A DNA stretch of 64,000 nucleotides from Heptranchias perlo (lineage: Eukaryota): contig NC_090335.1 in assembly GCF_035084215.1 (NCBI RefSeq), positions 52,266,001 to 52,330,000 of the forward strand. The letters are read 5' to 3'. The notes beneath the pieces were generated by a model that searched no databases, was not told the origin of the DNA, and saw only the letters and a list, made by a program, of their open reading frames with translations. Shown here piece by piece: positions 51,290 to 64,000 of the stretch (position 1 is the stretch's first letter; each line of letters opens with the position of its first letter). The position numbers were made by a program, and so were the translations under genes.

Positions 51290-51960
51290 CAAGTGCAGAC
51301 GGAAGCTGTGTATCCAGACCTACTGCTAGCAATAGTCCATCCGTTGACAAGAGGAACAGTCAGCTGAACATACTGAGCCTGTATTTCCGGCCACGTTGAT
51401 GGGCAGGTTTACATAAAGGACCACAAATTAAAATGACTAGCAGTTCAGGAGCTAATCAGAGACATAATGCTATTATCTTGAAAAAGGATGTGGTTGGTTG
51501 ACTCTGAAAAACCTATTGTTCAGTTTTCTTGAACAGCTTTGAAAGTGTGTGTTCCCCAATCATATAAGCACGAGATGGGTGTCTTATTTGAGCAATGTCA
51601 ATTACCTTATGTTTATATTGCTGAGAGTATTTATTCAAAGTGAATATTTACCAAGGTCTTTTTTACAATAACGAATAGCTGACAGTGATTCAGAGCTTAT
51701 TTAATTGAGGGATTTAAGGTGATGTCATAAACTGTAAGAGTTTCAAATTCAGATTCCAACGCTAACAGCTTTGGAACTTGACTCTTTGCTTTAATAAGTT
51801 TGTTCTACAGAGGATGAACTCACCACAAGCACACAGGCACTCACTTTGAAAGGCAGATTGGCTCCACTGAAACACTTACAACAAGGCTCGTCCTGCCCTG
51901 ACGGACAAGGAGCCAGTAACTAGCATTACAGTGACATCACGCAGCATTACGTAAACAGCA
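51290..51960. promoter_or_regulatory. Candidate T-cell enhancer upstream of CD247 exon 2
   Basis: ETS:RUNX composite AGGATGTGGTT (51485-51495); ACCACA x2; CTTTGAA x2; TTCCGG; TGACATCA; GTAAACA; all in non-repetitive sequence. Confidence 0.45.
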
Positions 51961-52231
51961 ATCAGCAAATTCAGATATGGCTATAAAGCTTTAAAGATAC
52001 ATAATCATGTTTCTTTTAAACAAAAGCATAAAACATCAACAGGGTACAGCCCAATGTGAAACAACAATAAAAATCCAGTGCATTGGATATTCTCAAGTAT
52101 GGTTCATATCAAAAGAAATAAGGCCAGAATCTTGCTGAACAACAGCTTCCTTTCTTAAAATGTGTCCCAAAGAAATTAAGGTTCCAATTTACTCTCCTGA
52201 TTTATATATCCTTATGAAATTCTTTCACATT

Positions 52232-52946
52232 ACATGTACAGGAACAGAGAGACCTGGGGGTATATGTGCACAAATCTTTGAAGGTGGCAGGACAAGTTGA
52301 GAAAGCAGTTAAAAAAGCCTATGGGATCCTGGGCTTTATAAATAGAGGCATAGAGTACAAAAGCAAGGAAGTTATGTTGAACCTTTATAAAACACTGGTT
52401 CGGCCACAACTGGAGTATTGGGTCCAATTCTGGGTACCGCAGTTTAGGAAGAATGTGAAGACTTTAGAGAGAGTGCAGAGGAGATTTACTAGAATGGTTC
52501 CAGGGATGAAGGACTTTAGTTACGTGGCTAGACTGGAGAAGCTGGGGTTGTTCTCCATAGAGCAGAGACGGTTAAGAGGAGATTTGATAGAAGTGTTCAA
52601 AATCATGAAGGATTTAGATGGAGTAAATAAAGAGAAACTATTCCCATTGGTGGAAGGGTCGAGAACCAGAGGTCACATATTTAAGGTGATTGACAAAAGA
52701 ACCAAAGGCGACATGAGGAAAAACCTTTTTATGCAATACGTAGTTATGATCTGGAACGCGCTGCCTGAAAGGGTGGTGGAAGCAGATTCAATCGTGGCTT
52801 CCAAAAAGGAATTGGACAAATACTTGAAGGGGATAAATTTGCAAGGCTACGGGGAAATGGGACTAACTGGATTGCTCTTACAAAGAGCCGGCATGGGCTC
52901 GATTGGCTGAATGGCCTCCTTCAGTGCTGTAACCGTAATATGATTC
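52232..52946 (+). mobile_element. CR1 3' fragment
   Basis: ORF 52266-52910 with RPQLEY..QFW and RLRGDLIEVFKI. Confidence 0.9.
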
Positions 52947-53019
52947 TCCATTCAATTTGTCTCTTTCCCAGCTATTGACCAAAATGATCATCTGTGATTT
53001 CTGGGCCCTAAGCTCTGGA

Positions 53020-53179
53020 GGCCTGGAATTTCTGCAGGGGTTCTCCAGTGGGAGATCAGTGGAACCTCTCCCCAGAGAAATAGTGTAAACGACTAAAATT
53101 GGCTGTTTACGCTGTTTCTCCAGAGTTTCTGCCAAAGTTACAGTGGGAGATCAGGAGAACCGTGTAGAAATTCAGGGCC
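53020..53179. mobile_element. MITE-like palindromic element
   Basis: Ends GGCCTGGAATTTCT and AGAAATTCAGGGCC; inner GAGAAATAGTGTAAAC pairs with GTTTACGCTGTTTCTC. Confidence 0.65.
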
Positions 53180-53709
53180 AGAGAATTATCTTTTTTGTGG
53201 TTCAACAAGCTCCGAGACTATCTGAAATAAACAACCTTTCCAAATTATTACAGTATCGACCAGCACAATAAATAGAAAATGCAGAAATAATGTGGAAACG
53301 GCAGAAAGGGAAAGCAAAAGTGTGCAATTGAATCTACAAAAGGATTGTCTATATCCGATCCTGTTGAAATTTTGGAAAATACCACCAGAGGTTTCTACAC
53401 ATAGATAAATACCTCGAAATTCTAGCCCGTTTATGACACAGAATAGACGCAATCTGGGCAGGACGGGACTTTGGGGCAGAACCCATTGTTGCCGCATTTC
53501 TGCCCCTTAGAGAAATCCCAACCAGGGGATTGGCACTTTTTCCAACCGGCTCTCCTCTGTCATAATCTCACTTTTGGAAGTGGCTCTGGCGGGATGCCAG
53601 TCTCCACCGGAATAGTGCTGCCCAGCATACGGCCAACAGTAAGTATACCTGCATGAAGTAGACATATTTGCTGTACAATGGGCATGTAAATGGCACATGA
53701 ATTTCATGG

Positions 53710-54882
53710 GCGTGTAAATGACAAATTAATTTCAATATAGTTAAGTGTGTGATGATGCATTTTGGTAGGAGGAATAAAGAGGCCATCTACTCCTTGGAAA
53801 ACAAGAATCTAAATGGGGTAGAGGTGCAAAGGGGTATGGGGTACAGATTCACAAATCATTAAAAGTAGCAAGGCAGGTTAACAAAGCCATAAAAATGCAA
53901 ACAAAGCACAGGGGTTCAGTTCTAGAGGGATAGAATTCAAAACCAATAAGTTATGCTAAATTTATATAGAACCTTGGTTAGACCACACTTAAGAATACTG
54001 TGCACAGTTCTTGACTCCATATTACAAAAAGGATATAGAAGCACTGGAGAAAGTGCAAAAAAGATTTACAAGGATGATACCAGAACTGAGAGGATACAAC
54101 TATCAGGAAAGACTGAATAGACTGAGACTCTTTTCTCTAGAAAAGAGAATGCTGAGGGGTGACCGAATAGAGGTCTTTAAAATTATGATGGAGTTTGACA
54201 GGGTAGAATTAGAGAAAATGTTGCCACTTATGGGGGAGTCCAAAACTAGGGGCCATAAAGATAAGATAGTCACTAATAAATCCAATAAGGAATTCAGGAG
54301 AAACTTCTTTTACTCAGAGTGGTGAAAATGTGGAACAGGCTACCACATGGAAACTCTTTCCTCAGGCAAGTGGGTCGGTATCCAGAGATCATAGATTTAA
54401 ATAATTGGCAAAAGGACTGGAGGGGAATTGAGGAGAAATGTTTTCACACAGAGGGTTGTTAAAATCTAAGAACATAAGAAATAGGAGCAGGTGTCGGCCA
54501 TACGTCCCCTCGAGCCTGCTCCGCCATTCAATATCATGGCTGATCTTCGACCTCAACTCCACTTTCCCGCCCTATCTCCATATCCCTTGAATCCCGTAGT
54601 GTCCAAAAATCTATCGATCTCAGTTTTGAATATACTCAACGACTGAGCATTCACAGCCCTCTGGGGAGAGAATTCCAAATCTGGAACGTACTACCCGAAA
54701 GGGTGGTGGAAACAGATTCCATAGGAACTTTCAAAAGGCAATTGGGCATGTACTTGGAGAGGACTAATTTGCAGGGTTATGGGGAAAAAGCTTGTGTGGG
54801 ACTAAATTGGACAGCATTTACAAAGAGCTGGCACAGGCTCGACGGGCCGAATTGCCTCTTCCTGTGCTATAAGATTCTATCA
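53710..54882 (+). mobile_element. Mosaic of CR1 fragments, including an inverted CR1 tail at ~54467-54678
   Basis: CR1 ORF2 C-terminal motifs; nested TAAGAACATAAGAA tail on the opposite strand. Confidence 0.85.
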
Positions 54883-54902
54883 TTCTCGGGTGGGGGGGGG
54901 GG

Positions 54903-55380
54903 GTGATCAAATCCTTGGTTGGAAAAGTGGATTTTAAGGAGTGAGTTAAAGGAGTAGAGGAAGGAGCAGAGGCAGAGGGGTTTAGGGAGTGAATTCCAGA
55001 GCATGTGGCCTGGGCAGCCGAAGAAATGACCACCCTTGGTGAGGTGAAGTGGGGAGGGATACATGAGAGGCCAAAGTTAAAGGAATGCAGAGTTCAGAGG
55101 CAAGGCCATGAAGGCCATGAAGGGATTCAAACATGAGGATAAGAATTTTAAATGAGGCATTGGGGAGCTAATGTAGGTCAGCGAGAATAGGAGTGAAAGC
55201 GAGTGAGATTACTACAGGATAGGATACAGGCAAAAACGTTTTGGATGAGCTAAAGTTTACAGAGGATGCAGGATGGGAGACTGGTCAGGAGAACATTGGA
55301 ATAGTTGAGTTGGTGATGACAACAGCAAGAATGAGGGTTTTAGTGGCAGATGGGATGACGATATTCCAGATGTGGAAGTA
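54903..55380 (-). mobile_element. Old L2-clade fragment
   Basis: Degenerate reverse complement of the L2 3' region (LWNSLP motif). Confidence 0.65.
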
Positions 55381-55800
55381 CGAACATACAAAATTGACAG
55401 GCAGGCAATGACCAGTTGGTCTATCAAGCCTTCCCCACACCATGATGGGAGAGCATTTTCATGTGTACACCTCCACAAACAATCCTTCTTGTTTTTACCT
55501 TATTTTTAGAAATGCCAAATTTAGTCTTATTGAATTTTGTCTTCATCAGGGATCACCAACATTATCGCTATGATCAACTGATTATATTTGATACTGAACC
55601 GAATTATCAACTGAATCATCACTTCCACCAAATCAATATAATTATTCAAATGAAATACAATTATATTGTGATCTGTTGCAAACTTAACATGGACGGGATA
55701 CCTGGGATTCATTAGTGAAGAAGGATCCAGATAGCAACTGATAGCATATAAAACATTTGGAAATTTGGTTGATTGGGCTTTTTGTTTTCCATTTTGACAG

Positions 55801-55904
55801 ATGCTGACGGTATGAACCTGAATGACCCTAAGTTGTGTTACATTCTGGATGGAATTCTCTTTGTGTATGGGATTATAATCACTGCTCTCTACCTTAAATT
55901 AAGG
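55801..55904 (+). CDS. CD247: CD247 (CD3 zeta) exon 2: short ectodomain and transmembrane segment
   Basis: [35 protein letters not shown]; acceptor TTTTGACAG and donor GTAAGT; 104 bp with phase 1/0, as in mammalian CD247 exon 2; DPKLCYxLDGILF fits zeta better than FCER1G. Confidence 0.9.
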
Positions 55905-57488
55905 GTAAGTCACTTACCATTATATATTACTGTTGAGCTTCAAAGGAACCATAAATTAAATATTTGTTATAAATAGAGGGAGATAGTGTTACAATGCATG
56001 GGTTTCCAGGTTACTCCATAGCATTAATGTACTTCTGCCAAATGTACAGACAATATACTGGATTTAACTGTATGGGGAGCAAATCAGTCAACTTCATTCC
56101 AGTGATTCATGTGCAGTATGCTTGGAGTTTTAGGGGGACACCACAATCTAGATGTAGATGTATTGATGTGCTGCAGCATTGAGTGGTAGGGCACAGCACC
56201 CATGATTTCCCACACAAGAAGTTTCCAAATTTGGCCAAATACCAAGTGTAGACTAGGAAATTACCCAGGAAGGGAGGTTCTCAAGTTTTTCTGGTAATGT
56301 TAGTTTGTTAATCTAACTTTACACAGTCACAACAAAAACATTTAAAATGGAATAGTAACAAACTCCCCCAACTCCTCCCAGTTGTTGCATAGATATGCAC
56401 ACAATGTGAATGTGGCCCTCGACAGATAAGGCATTATGTTTTAATGAGATATATTTTTCTGTTTTTCTTCTTTATTGCAGCATGATTTATTAGAGCTGGA
56501 TATTTTTATCTTTAGCATGAGGCATTCGTGGCCATTGCTAGCACAGAAAGAACATTTATGCTGCGGTTTCAGTGCTTCACCTCTTTCCCAAACATTAAAT
56601 TAAAAAATCCACACAGATTGAAATTACAATTGTTTAAAAACAAATAGTGGGAAGATTGTCCATTCACCTTTGGGAACACTTTATTCCCTTCCGGAGCAGA
56701 TCATAAAAATCTGACAAGATAGCATACTGAGGACTCCACAATCATTCAATGACAATTAGCACATTGATTTTACCATACACAAGGAAAATACTTATTTCTT
56801 GCCACAGTGTAACTACCACCCTACTGCAGAACAGAAATAGCATTGTCAATAAAAAGAATATTTAGTCCTTAGCTCCATATGGTTTTTCATGCTTGCAAGT
56901 CCTATTATGGTATTTATTTAATATTACCATTCACAAATAAATAATTGATGTTTGGAGATTTTTCTAATTTCACGTTATGTTTTTGTTGAAAAGTGTCTTC
57001 TGTACACAAGACATCGTTAACACAGGATATTTTGTGAATGTATGCACGCCTTTTTGTAAATTTCCCAATTATTTTATTTCTATCTTTTCAGCACTCCATG
57101 AGCCACACATGAACTGGGCAAACAGGTGACCTGCTCTCTTGCCTCTTAAGCTGGCTGTAATGAGTAGCAGGAAAGTGGTCTGATGACAACTTTCCTTCAG
57201 ATCCCCTCCCTTCCCACCTTGAGGAAAAGTGCATGTGTAGCATCTTTCCAAGTGAGCATAACCAAGATTGATAACTATTGGTAACCCAATAGTGTGGGAG
57301 ACTGTGGGTGTCTTGATATAGGTTTCTCATTACATAAAGGACAAATTGCAAAATCTTGCACTTTGTTTATAATTTCTTGAAGTATGAGAATCCTGTTGGT
57401 TATTCCAATGAGTTAAATCAGTAATATATTTATACCAGGCAATGAAATAAATTTTTGCAAAATGTCTTTTTTCATTTTGTTTTTAAAG

Positions 57489-57557
57489 CTGACCAAGGCA
57501 AAAAGTAAACCTGATGATATTCCTGCAAACCAACCGAATATAGATGACCAATATCAA
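57489..57557 (+). CDS. CD247: CD247 exon 3: juxtamembrane region to the first ITAM tyrosine
   Basis: Pyrimidine tract with AAAG acceptor and GTAAGT donor; 69 bp, phase 0/0; LTKAKSKPDDIPANQPNIDDQYQ ends at Yx like zeta exon 3 (NQLYN). Confidence 0.8.
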
Positions 57558-59106
57558 GTAAGTAACTGTTTACATTTTCTTTAACTGATTACTTTTTAAC
57601 TGTTGCTGCGTTATCCAATATATGAGATGACATATCACTGGATCCCTTGTCCCTGTGACGTACAGTGAAAATCTTGTTTGCCACCACTACTGAAGGTACT
57701 GAAGCCTGAGTGTACTGAGGTGTACACTGTACACTGAGGTGGATGAGTGTTCAGTTGCTTGCCACCCACAAATCATTCACCTTATCTGCAAATGGTACTC
57801 ACTCTTTTGGAGATGGGTCTAAAAGAAAGTAGGACTAATGCCTGTTCAGACCATCATTTGCAATATTTCATGCCAAAAATTAATTGGAGGATGGGTAACA
57901 CAAAAGTTGACAAATACAAATCCATCCTTCTTTGAGGAAGCCAGAAATAGTTCCATATTTTTCAATGTTCTCCCTCTCCTCACCAATAAAAATCTCTTCA
58001 CAAATCCCCATCCCAGTATTGCACTAATCTCTGAAATGACAGAAGTGTTTTGGCAACACAGTAATAGCAGAGTGAAACTGTCCTTTTTCACTCTGGTCCT
58101 TTTTTTATCCTAGGCGCCTTAGGGGAAGGGAAAATTCATACCAGAGATTCTTAAAAAACTTTACTTAGAATACAGGCATTTGTATAATTTAACAATTCTA
58201 AGTTATTAAAGACTGAAATGTTTTGGAAATCATAGGTGGTGTAAGAGCTTTAGACTTCATGTGAAGGAATAGTTCAATGTTGACACTTCAAAAAAAATTT
58301 GAATTTTAGTTAGTTTATTTGGAGAAGTACAAAAATATTCTCTATATTTCTCGAATTATTCAATGTGCTTAGCATTCAAATTTTACAGAAAATATAATTC
58401 TGTATGACTGAAAGCATTAGAACTTGCTGAGGGGCTTCATGATAGTTGAAACTATGTTTATTGTTTCGGGGGCTTGTCGGCCAGGATCTCCACTTGATGC
58501 AGTCAACGGGAGGCTGAATCAATGATCGTGGTCAGGCTTCATTAGCAAAGAATCAGTGAGCTGCCAGTGCTAATTGCACTCCTTATTGGCAGCTCACCGA
58601 TTGGAAGGGCAGGAAATCCAGCGGGGCAGCTGATAAGCTGGTGGCAGCTTCAGGAGATAAATATCGGAAGTCTTTAAGGTTCAAAATACACAGCCCACTG
58701 AGCGCCAGACTTGCTTCCAGCTTTCCCTTACTCCAGCTAAGAATCCCTTTAAATACTGCTGAAAATGGCCACCTCCCAACCTATGCCACCGATGGTTTGT
58801 GGTTGGGTTGAGGAACTAGCGATAGCAACGAGTGTAGAGACGAAATTGACGGCTGGGTCTTGACAGCATCATTTGACCTGTGTTTCTAGTGGGAGCTTTG
58901 ACCACCTAAATCGAGGTGCACCCAAAAATCGGACCGGCCGCGTAGCCAGCGGTAAGTTGGCGGGTTAATCCTCCATATGATATTGGTCCCCCTACCTCCC
59001 CTTTTTTAGGCATGAATTGCCCTCCATATTGCAGTGTTCTCAGTTGTAGCACCGGGGATATAAATCACTCTACGTGTAGAAAAAATTTTTTTTAAGCTGT
59101 CATTAT

Positions 59107-61106
59107 GGGCTCTATTTTCGCACCCCCGAGCGGTGCGTTCATGGCAGGGGGGCTGCGAAAATTGGGGATTCCCGGGGTGGATCCGGAGCCCGGCCCCAAC
59201 CCGCCCACTTCCAGGTTCTCCAGTGACGAGCTGACATGAGAGCGCAGCCCCCGCGTGTGGTACTCCCGCCGGCTGATGCCACTTGAAGTAATTAACCAGG
59301 TACTTCAGGTCGTTTACAGACCTGATATTTTAGGAGGGGTGAGATTTTCAGATCAACTGGGACTGTTCCCCGTACTGGGGGAAACACTGCCAGTTGAAAT
59401 GGACCTGTTGCAGCCATCAGCCTGTGGCAGCTGCAAAGGTCCATTTGACAGCTGGTGGGGGGGAGACCCTCACTCATTGCAGGAGGCCACTCTGTCACTT
59501 TGGACAAAGTTTGGCCTCCACCACCCTCCTCCAAACAATAAAATTCACCAACTTGCACACTTACCCCGGTATCCAGACACATTTACCTACCTTGCGGACC
59601 CCCTCAGATGTACATCTTCCGGATGGGGGCCACCGTAGCTGCAGTCATGACCTCCTCGGAGGACGAACAGCATCACCAGCCTCGCCGGCCACGCCGTCCA
59701 CCTCTGACACGTGGAACTTCACAACACAATGCTGTGACACATCCACCTGCACAGCAGGAGGGAGGGCAACGGCAGAGAGAGATGCGTCGCAGAAGGCACT
59801 ACCCTCGCCACAGGGTCCACAGACCGAGGCTCAGCTTCCTGGACCTCTCTGAGCAGCAGTGCACACGGAGGCTCAGAGTCACTCGACATGTAGTCGTGGA
59901 CATATGCAGCCTCCTTCATGCCAAGCTGCTCCCGGCTGGCCCGAGCACCATCTTCTTACCTGTCGCTGTCAAACTCACCACTGCCCTCAACAACCGGGGA
60001 CATCGCCAACGTCTCTCAGTCGTCTGCACAAGAGCCCTGCAAGTACACCTACACCCACTCTGCAGTGACACAATGGGTGGCATCAGTTGTGGGTCTTCAT
60101 AGTGATCCTCAGGAAAGGGCATTATTGTACAAACCAGACAAGATTCGCAAAGACGTGGCAGTAGTGGTGCCAATATAATATGTAATGTGAGTTGATCAGA
60201 AATTAAATATAAGTAAAAACCATGACAAACCCTCAAACACCCTTGTGCATCCCCTTCATGCTCACGACACGTTTGCCTTACGCTTCCTACTGCACATATG
60301 TGATGCATGCCCTGTGGCTGCAGCACAGGTAGAGGCAGGTTGATTGAGGCTGACCGTGAAAGAGATGCATGAGAGGGTGAGTATGAGACAGAGCCATGAG
60401 ATTGTATGCGGATTGGGTTGAGTGGTAGTGATGGGATGAGTACTGGCGAGGTGAGTAAGTGCAGGTAAGATGAGGATGAGCTCAGAGTGGGTGTGAGGAG
60501 TGACATGATAGAGTAGTGTTGGCTGTGCAGAAGGAGATGTGGGGTGGGGGCGGTGATGTGGCAGACGGAGTGTAGGGGAATGAGTAAGTGTACTCACTTC
60601 GGCTGACCTACTGAGGTCATTGAAGCGCCTCCTGCACTGTATGCAGGTGCGCGATATGTTGGTGGTGCAGGTGACCTCCTCTGCCACCTAACCAGGCCTT
60701 CTTGGTGGCAGAGGCAGGCCACTTCCTCCCGCCCGCCGGTGGGAAGATCTCTGTCATCCCCCTCCTCCTCACCCCATCCAGTAGGGCCTGGAGTGAGGCA
60801 TCATTAAACCTGGGAGCAGCCTACCCCTGGGCTGCTCCATGCTGTAATTTTTCTTATTTCCTGCAGCATCAGTCAGTGGAGGACTGCCCCTTTAAATAGG
60901 GCTCCTCCAGCTGACAGCCTATGCTGCGCATGCGCAGTCCGCCCGCTGCGCAGCTTTCCAGCGCGAAACCCGGAAGCAAAGGTAAGTGCCTTCAATCAAG
61001 CTGCAATTGCGTGCGGAGCACCCCGATTTCACTGGGCGCGTTACCCACGCGCCCAGTCGCCCCCCCACCCCCGCTGCCAACCTGCCGCCCTCCTAATATC
61101 GGGCCC
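59107..61106 (+). mobile_element. Internally deleted Harbinger element
   Basis: Degenerate TIRs GGGCTCTATTTT and AATATCGGGCCC; TAT TSD; transposase N-terminus (LDLSEQQCTRRLR) on + and SANT remnant (QCRRRFNDLSRSAE|GTGAGT) on -. Confidence 0.85.
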
Positions 61107-61655
61107 TATAAATCTTTTCCATTTAGTAAGAGGCATGTTCCAATAAGAATGTCTGGATTCCTAACATTAAAAGTTGTTTTCCTAATCTTACCAGTAACAG
61201 TCTGCAGCTGAGGTAGTTCTATTAAATCTGACAAGTCACAGAATAAAAACATTTGCAGCAATCGAGACTGCAACAGCAATTATGTTTATGTTGCAGTTCT
61301 AGACCGCAAAAGTAATTGTAATTATGTTGCAGTTCAGGATTCAAGACACATGGTTTGCATTCTTTGGATTAGAAAGCACAAGACATGTGCAATGTTAAAT
61401 AAGGAAATAATATCCTCAATTCCGGATTGGTTATTGATTACTGTATTAAAACTTTTTTTTTCAATTTAGTTTTTGAACTTTATGCTCAGCAAGGTTAAAG
61501 ATGTCGTGCTGGGGAATGGAACATTTTCTCTACACAGTGTATGTAGGCGTATTAAGCATTCTCAGGTTATGTGCAATCATAGACTTTTACAGCTCAGAAA
61601 GAGGCTATTCAGTCCATCATGTCTAGATCCATCCAAAACAAATCCCTGTTCTTGC

Positions 61656-62080
61656 ATAGAATCATAGAAAATTTACAGCACAGAAGGAGGCCATTCGGCC
61701 CATCGTGTCCGCGCCAGCCAAAAATGAGCCACCCAGTCTAATCCCACTCTCCAGCACTTGGTCCGTAACCTTGTAAGTCATGGCACTTCAGGTGCACATC
61801 CACGTACTTTTTAAATGAGTTGAGGGTTTCTGCCTCAGGAGGGTATCTTCTTCAAATATTTATCTAATTTTCCCTTAAAACATGTAATAGTCTCTGCCTC
61901 AACCCACTCTCTATGGCAAAGCATTCCATGCTCCAACAACCCTCTGTGTAAAGAAATTTCTCCTTGTCTCTTTTCATGCTAATTTTAAATTGATGGCCTC
62001 TCATCAACCAAAGGAAATAGTCTTTCCCTATTCACCTTATCAAAACCCTTCATAATTTTAAAAACCTCTATTAAATCACC
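61656..62080 (-). mobile_element. CR1 3' fragments
   Basis: CATAGAATCATAGAA tail; GDLIEVFKIMKG motif. Confidence 0.8.
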
Positions 62081-63254
62081 ACCGCTCCAACAATATGTTT
62101 TGACTCCAAACTCAGGGGAGCATCCCCTACCTGTGTGACAGCTGTTTCCTACATGAGCCATTCTGAATGATACTGGCAGTTTGATGCTAATTAGTGTTGA
62201 ACTACAGGCAGTTTTATGATCTGGACTTGAGGCTGACCAAACTAATTTCACTTTTTGTTGGTTGGCTGAGTGTTTGATGCAGAAATCAATTATAACACTT
62301 AACAGTTTCCAAACCAAATTGCTGACAAATCCACATGAGTAATTTCCATTTGCCTGATGTGCACACGCTCTCCTATTGGTACGCACCTCGTTCATACAAG
62401 CCCAGTAAATTTAGACACAGATTGGCATGAGCTAAGGTTTAGAGATCCCTAACATTGTACAGGAGTACTACTGGAGTTTAACTAGCTTAGAACACACAGT
62501 TTACCTGCACACAGCATAGCAAGCTTCATGTTGTTTGTCCAGTTATTACCACCCTACCCATTATTGGCTTTGGCTTACAAGTTATCCAGAGCCAGGTATG
62601 GTAGTATTGATGGCACAGGCTGGCTGGTCAATCAACAAATCCTTGGAGTACTGTGGTCAGGTGTGGCTCAGATACCAGATTACCCAGTCCCCCACAGTGA
62701 ATTGGCTCATTTCCAATCTTCCATCGCTAGCTCTCTCAAGTGGCATGCTAAGCAGCACAACTCACCATAAATTGTACACATGGATTGTGACCATCCTCCT
62801 AACCACAACATGGGCACAAACTATTCCCCATCCATTGGTGCTTTAAATGGTGGTTCCAACAGTTGAAAATGAGGAACTTGAGTAGTAACTGCACTGTCTC
62901 TCTGCAACCCAATCATCGTAGGCACCAGACCTTGAATATATGAGCATTTGCCTTCACACCAGGCTCCAGGTAAAACCGTTTAGCAGGTGTTATCTCAGTC
63001 CTCAATGTTCTGTACTTGCATACTGATAAATGAACAGTAGAGGGCCCCCTAATGGGAGCAAGCATTTTGTAGAAATTGAACTCCAGGGTCTCCTCTTATA
63101 TTGAATGCTACATCCAGAGAGAATGTTCCAGAGAGTCTGAAATAAAAGTAGCCACTACATTACCATAACAAGTAACATAACAATTAGTAACAAGGATAAC
63201 AGGCAATATATTGTTACGAAGATCGAATATTGGACATCTTTTTTACTTAGGCAG

Positions 63255-64000
63255 TGCTCTACCTCACCACCACCTCTCTCGACCCCTCCACTGTCTCTCA
63301 TTTGTCACACTGCTTGTCTGACATCCAATACTGGATGAGTAAAAACTTCCTCCAACTAAATATGAGGAAGAACGAAGCCATTGTCTTTGGTCCCCTCCAC
63401 AAGCTTGGTTCCCTAGCCACCGACTCCATTCCTCTCCCTGGCCTCGGTCGGAGGCTGAACCAGACCGTTCGCAACCTTGACGTCCTAACTGACCCGGAGA
63501 TGAGCTTCCAACTGCATATCTGCTCCACCACCATGACCACCCACTCCCACCTCCGTAACATCGCCCGTTTCCGCCCCTGCCTCAGCTCATCTGCTGCGGA
63601 AACTCTCATCCATGCCTTTGTTACCTCTAGACTTGACTATTCCAATGCTCTCCTGGCCGGCCTCCCATCTTCTACCCTCCATAAACTTGAGCTCATCCAA
63701 AACTCTGCTACCCGTATCCTAACTTGCACCAAGTCCTGTTCACCCATCACTCTTGTGCTCGCTGACCTACATTGGCTCCTGATCCGGGAACACTTCAATT
63801 TTAAAATTCTCTTCCTTGTTTTCAAATCCCTTCATGGCCTCGCCCCTCCCCATCTCTGTAACCTCTTCCAGCCCTACAACCCTCCGTAATCTCTGCGATT
63901 CTGGCCTTTTGTGCATCCCCGATTTTAATCGCTTCACTAATGGCAGCCGTGTCTTCAGCTGCTTAGGCCCTAAGCTCTGGAATTCCCCCTCCAAACCTCT
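63255..64000 (+). mobile_element. L2-clade LINE ORF2 C-terminal fragment, running off the window
   Basis: WMSKNFLQLN, LIHAFVTSRLDYSNALL and LHWLL motifs. Confidence 0.9.

Noticed and set aside
61470-61560. Possible CD247 exon 4 after TTTTTCAATTTAG
   Set aside because: The frame FLNFMLSKVKDV lacks the second ITAM YxxL and a good donor

Overview
Eukaryotic (vertebrate) genomic DNA, most likely from a cartilaginous fish (inferred from the CR1, L2 and DeuSINE repeat families). There are no prokaryotic features or CRISPR arrays. The only host gene I can support is CD247 (T-cell receptor zeta chain, + strand), with two exons seen (55801-55904, 57489-57557) and a candidate T-cell enhancer about 4 kb upstream. 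I did not find its signal-peptide exon or later exons. The rest is mostly transposons, with three notable structures. (1) An intact, intronless SFR1 retrocopy with no poly(A) tail is fused directly to the 3' end of a young CR1 LINE and inserted in a Harbinger transposase. (2) That Harbinger sits inside a decayed LTR element (- strand) with a 5' LTR, a tRNA-Arg primer site, a coiled-coil/CCHC gag, no recognisable pol, and what look like three tandem paralogous fusion-glycoprotein (env-like) genes, one preceded by an Ig-like motif. (3) A 3.7-kb Penelope insertion forms a near-perfect fold-back palindrome with a 12-bp TSD and minimal hammerhead ribozymes at both ends. Boundaries of old repeats are approximate and were read by eye.
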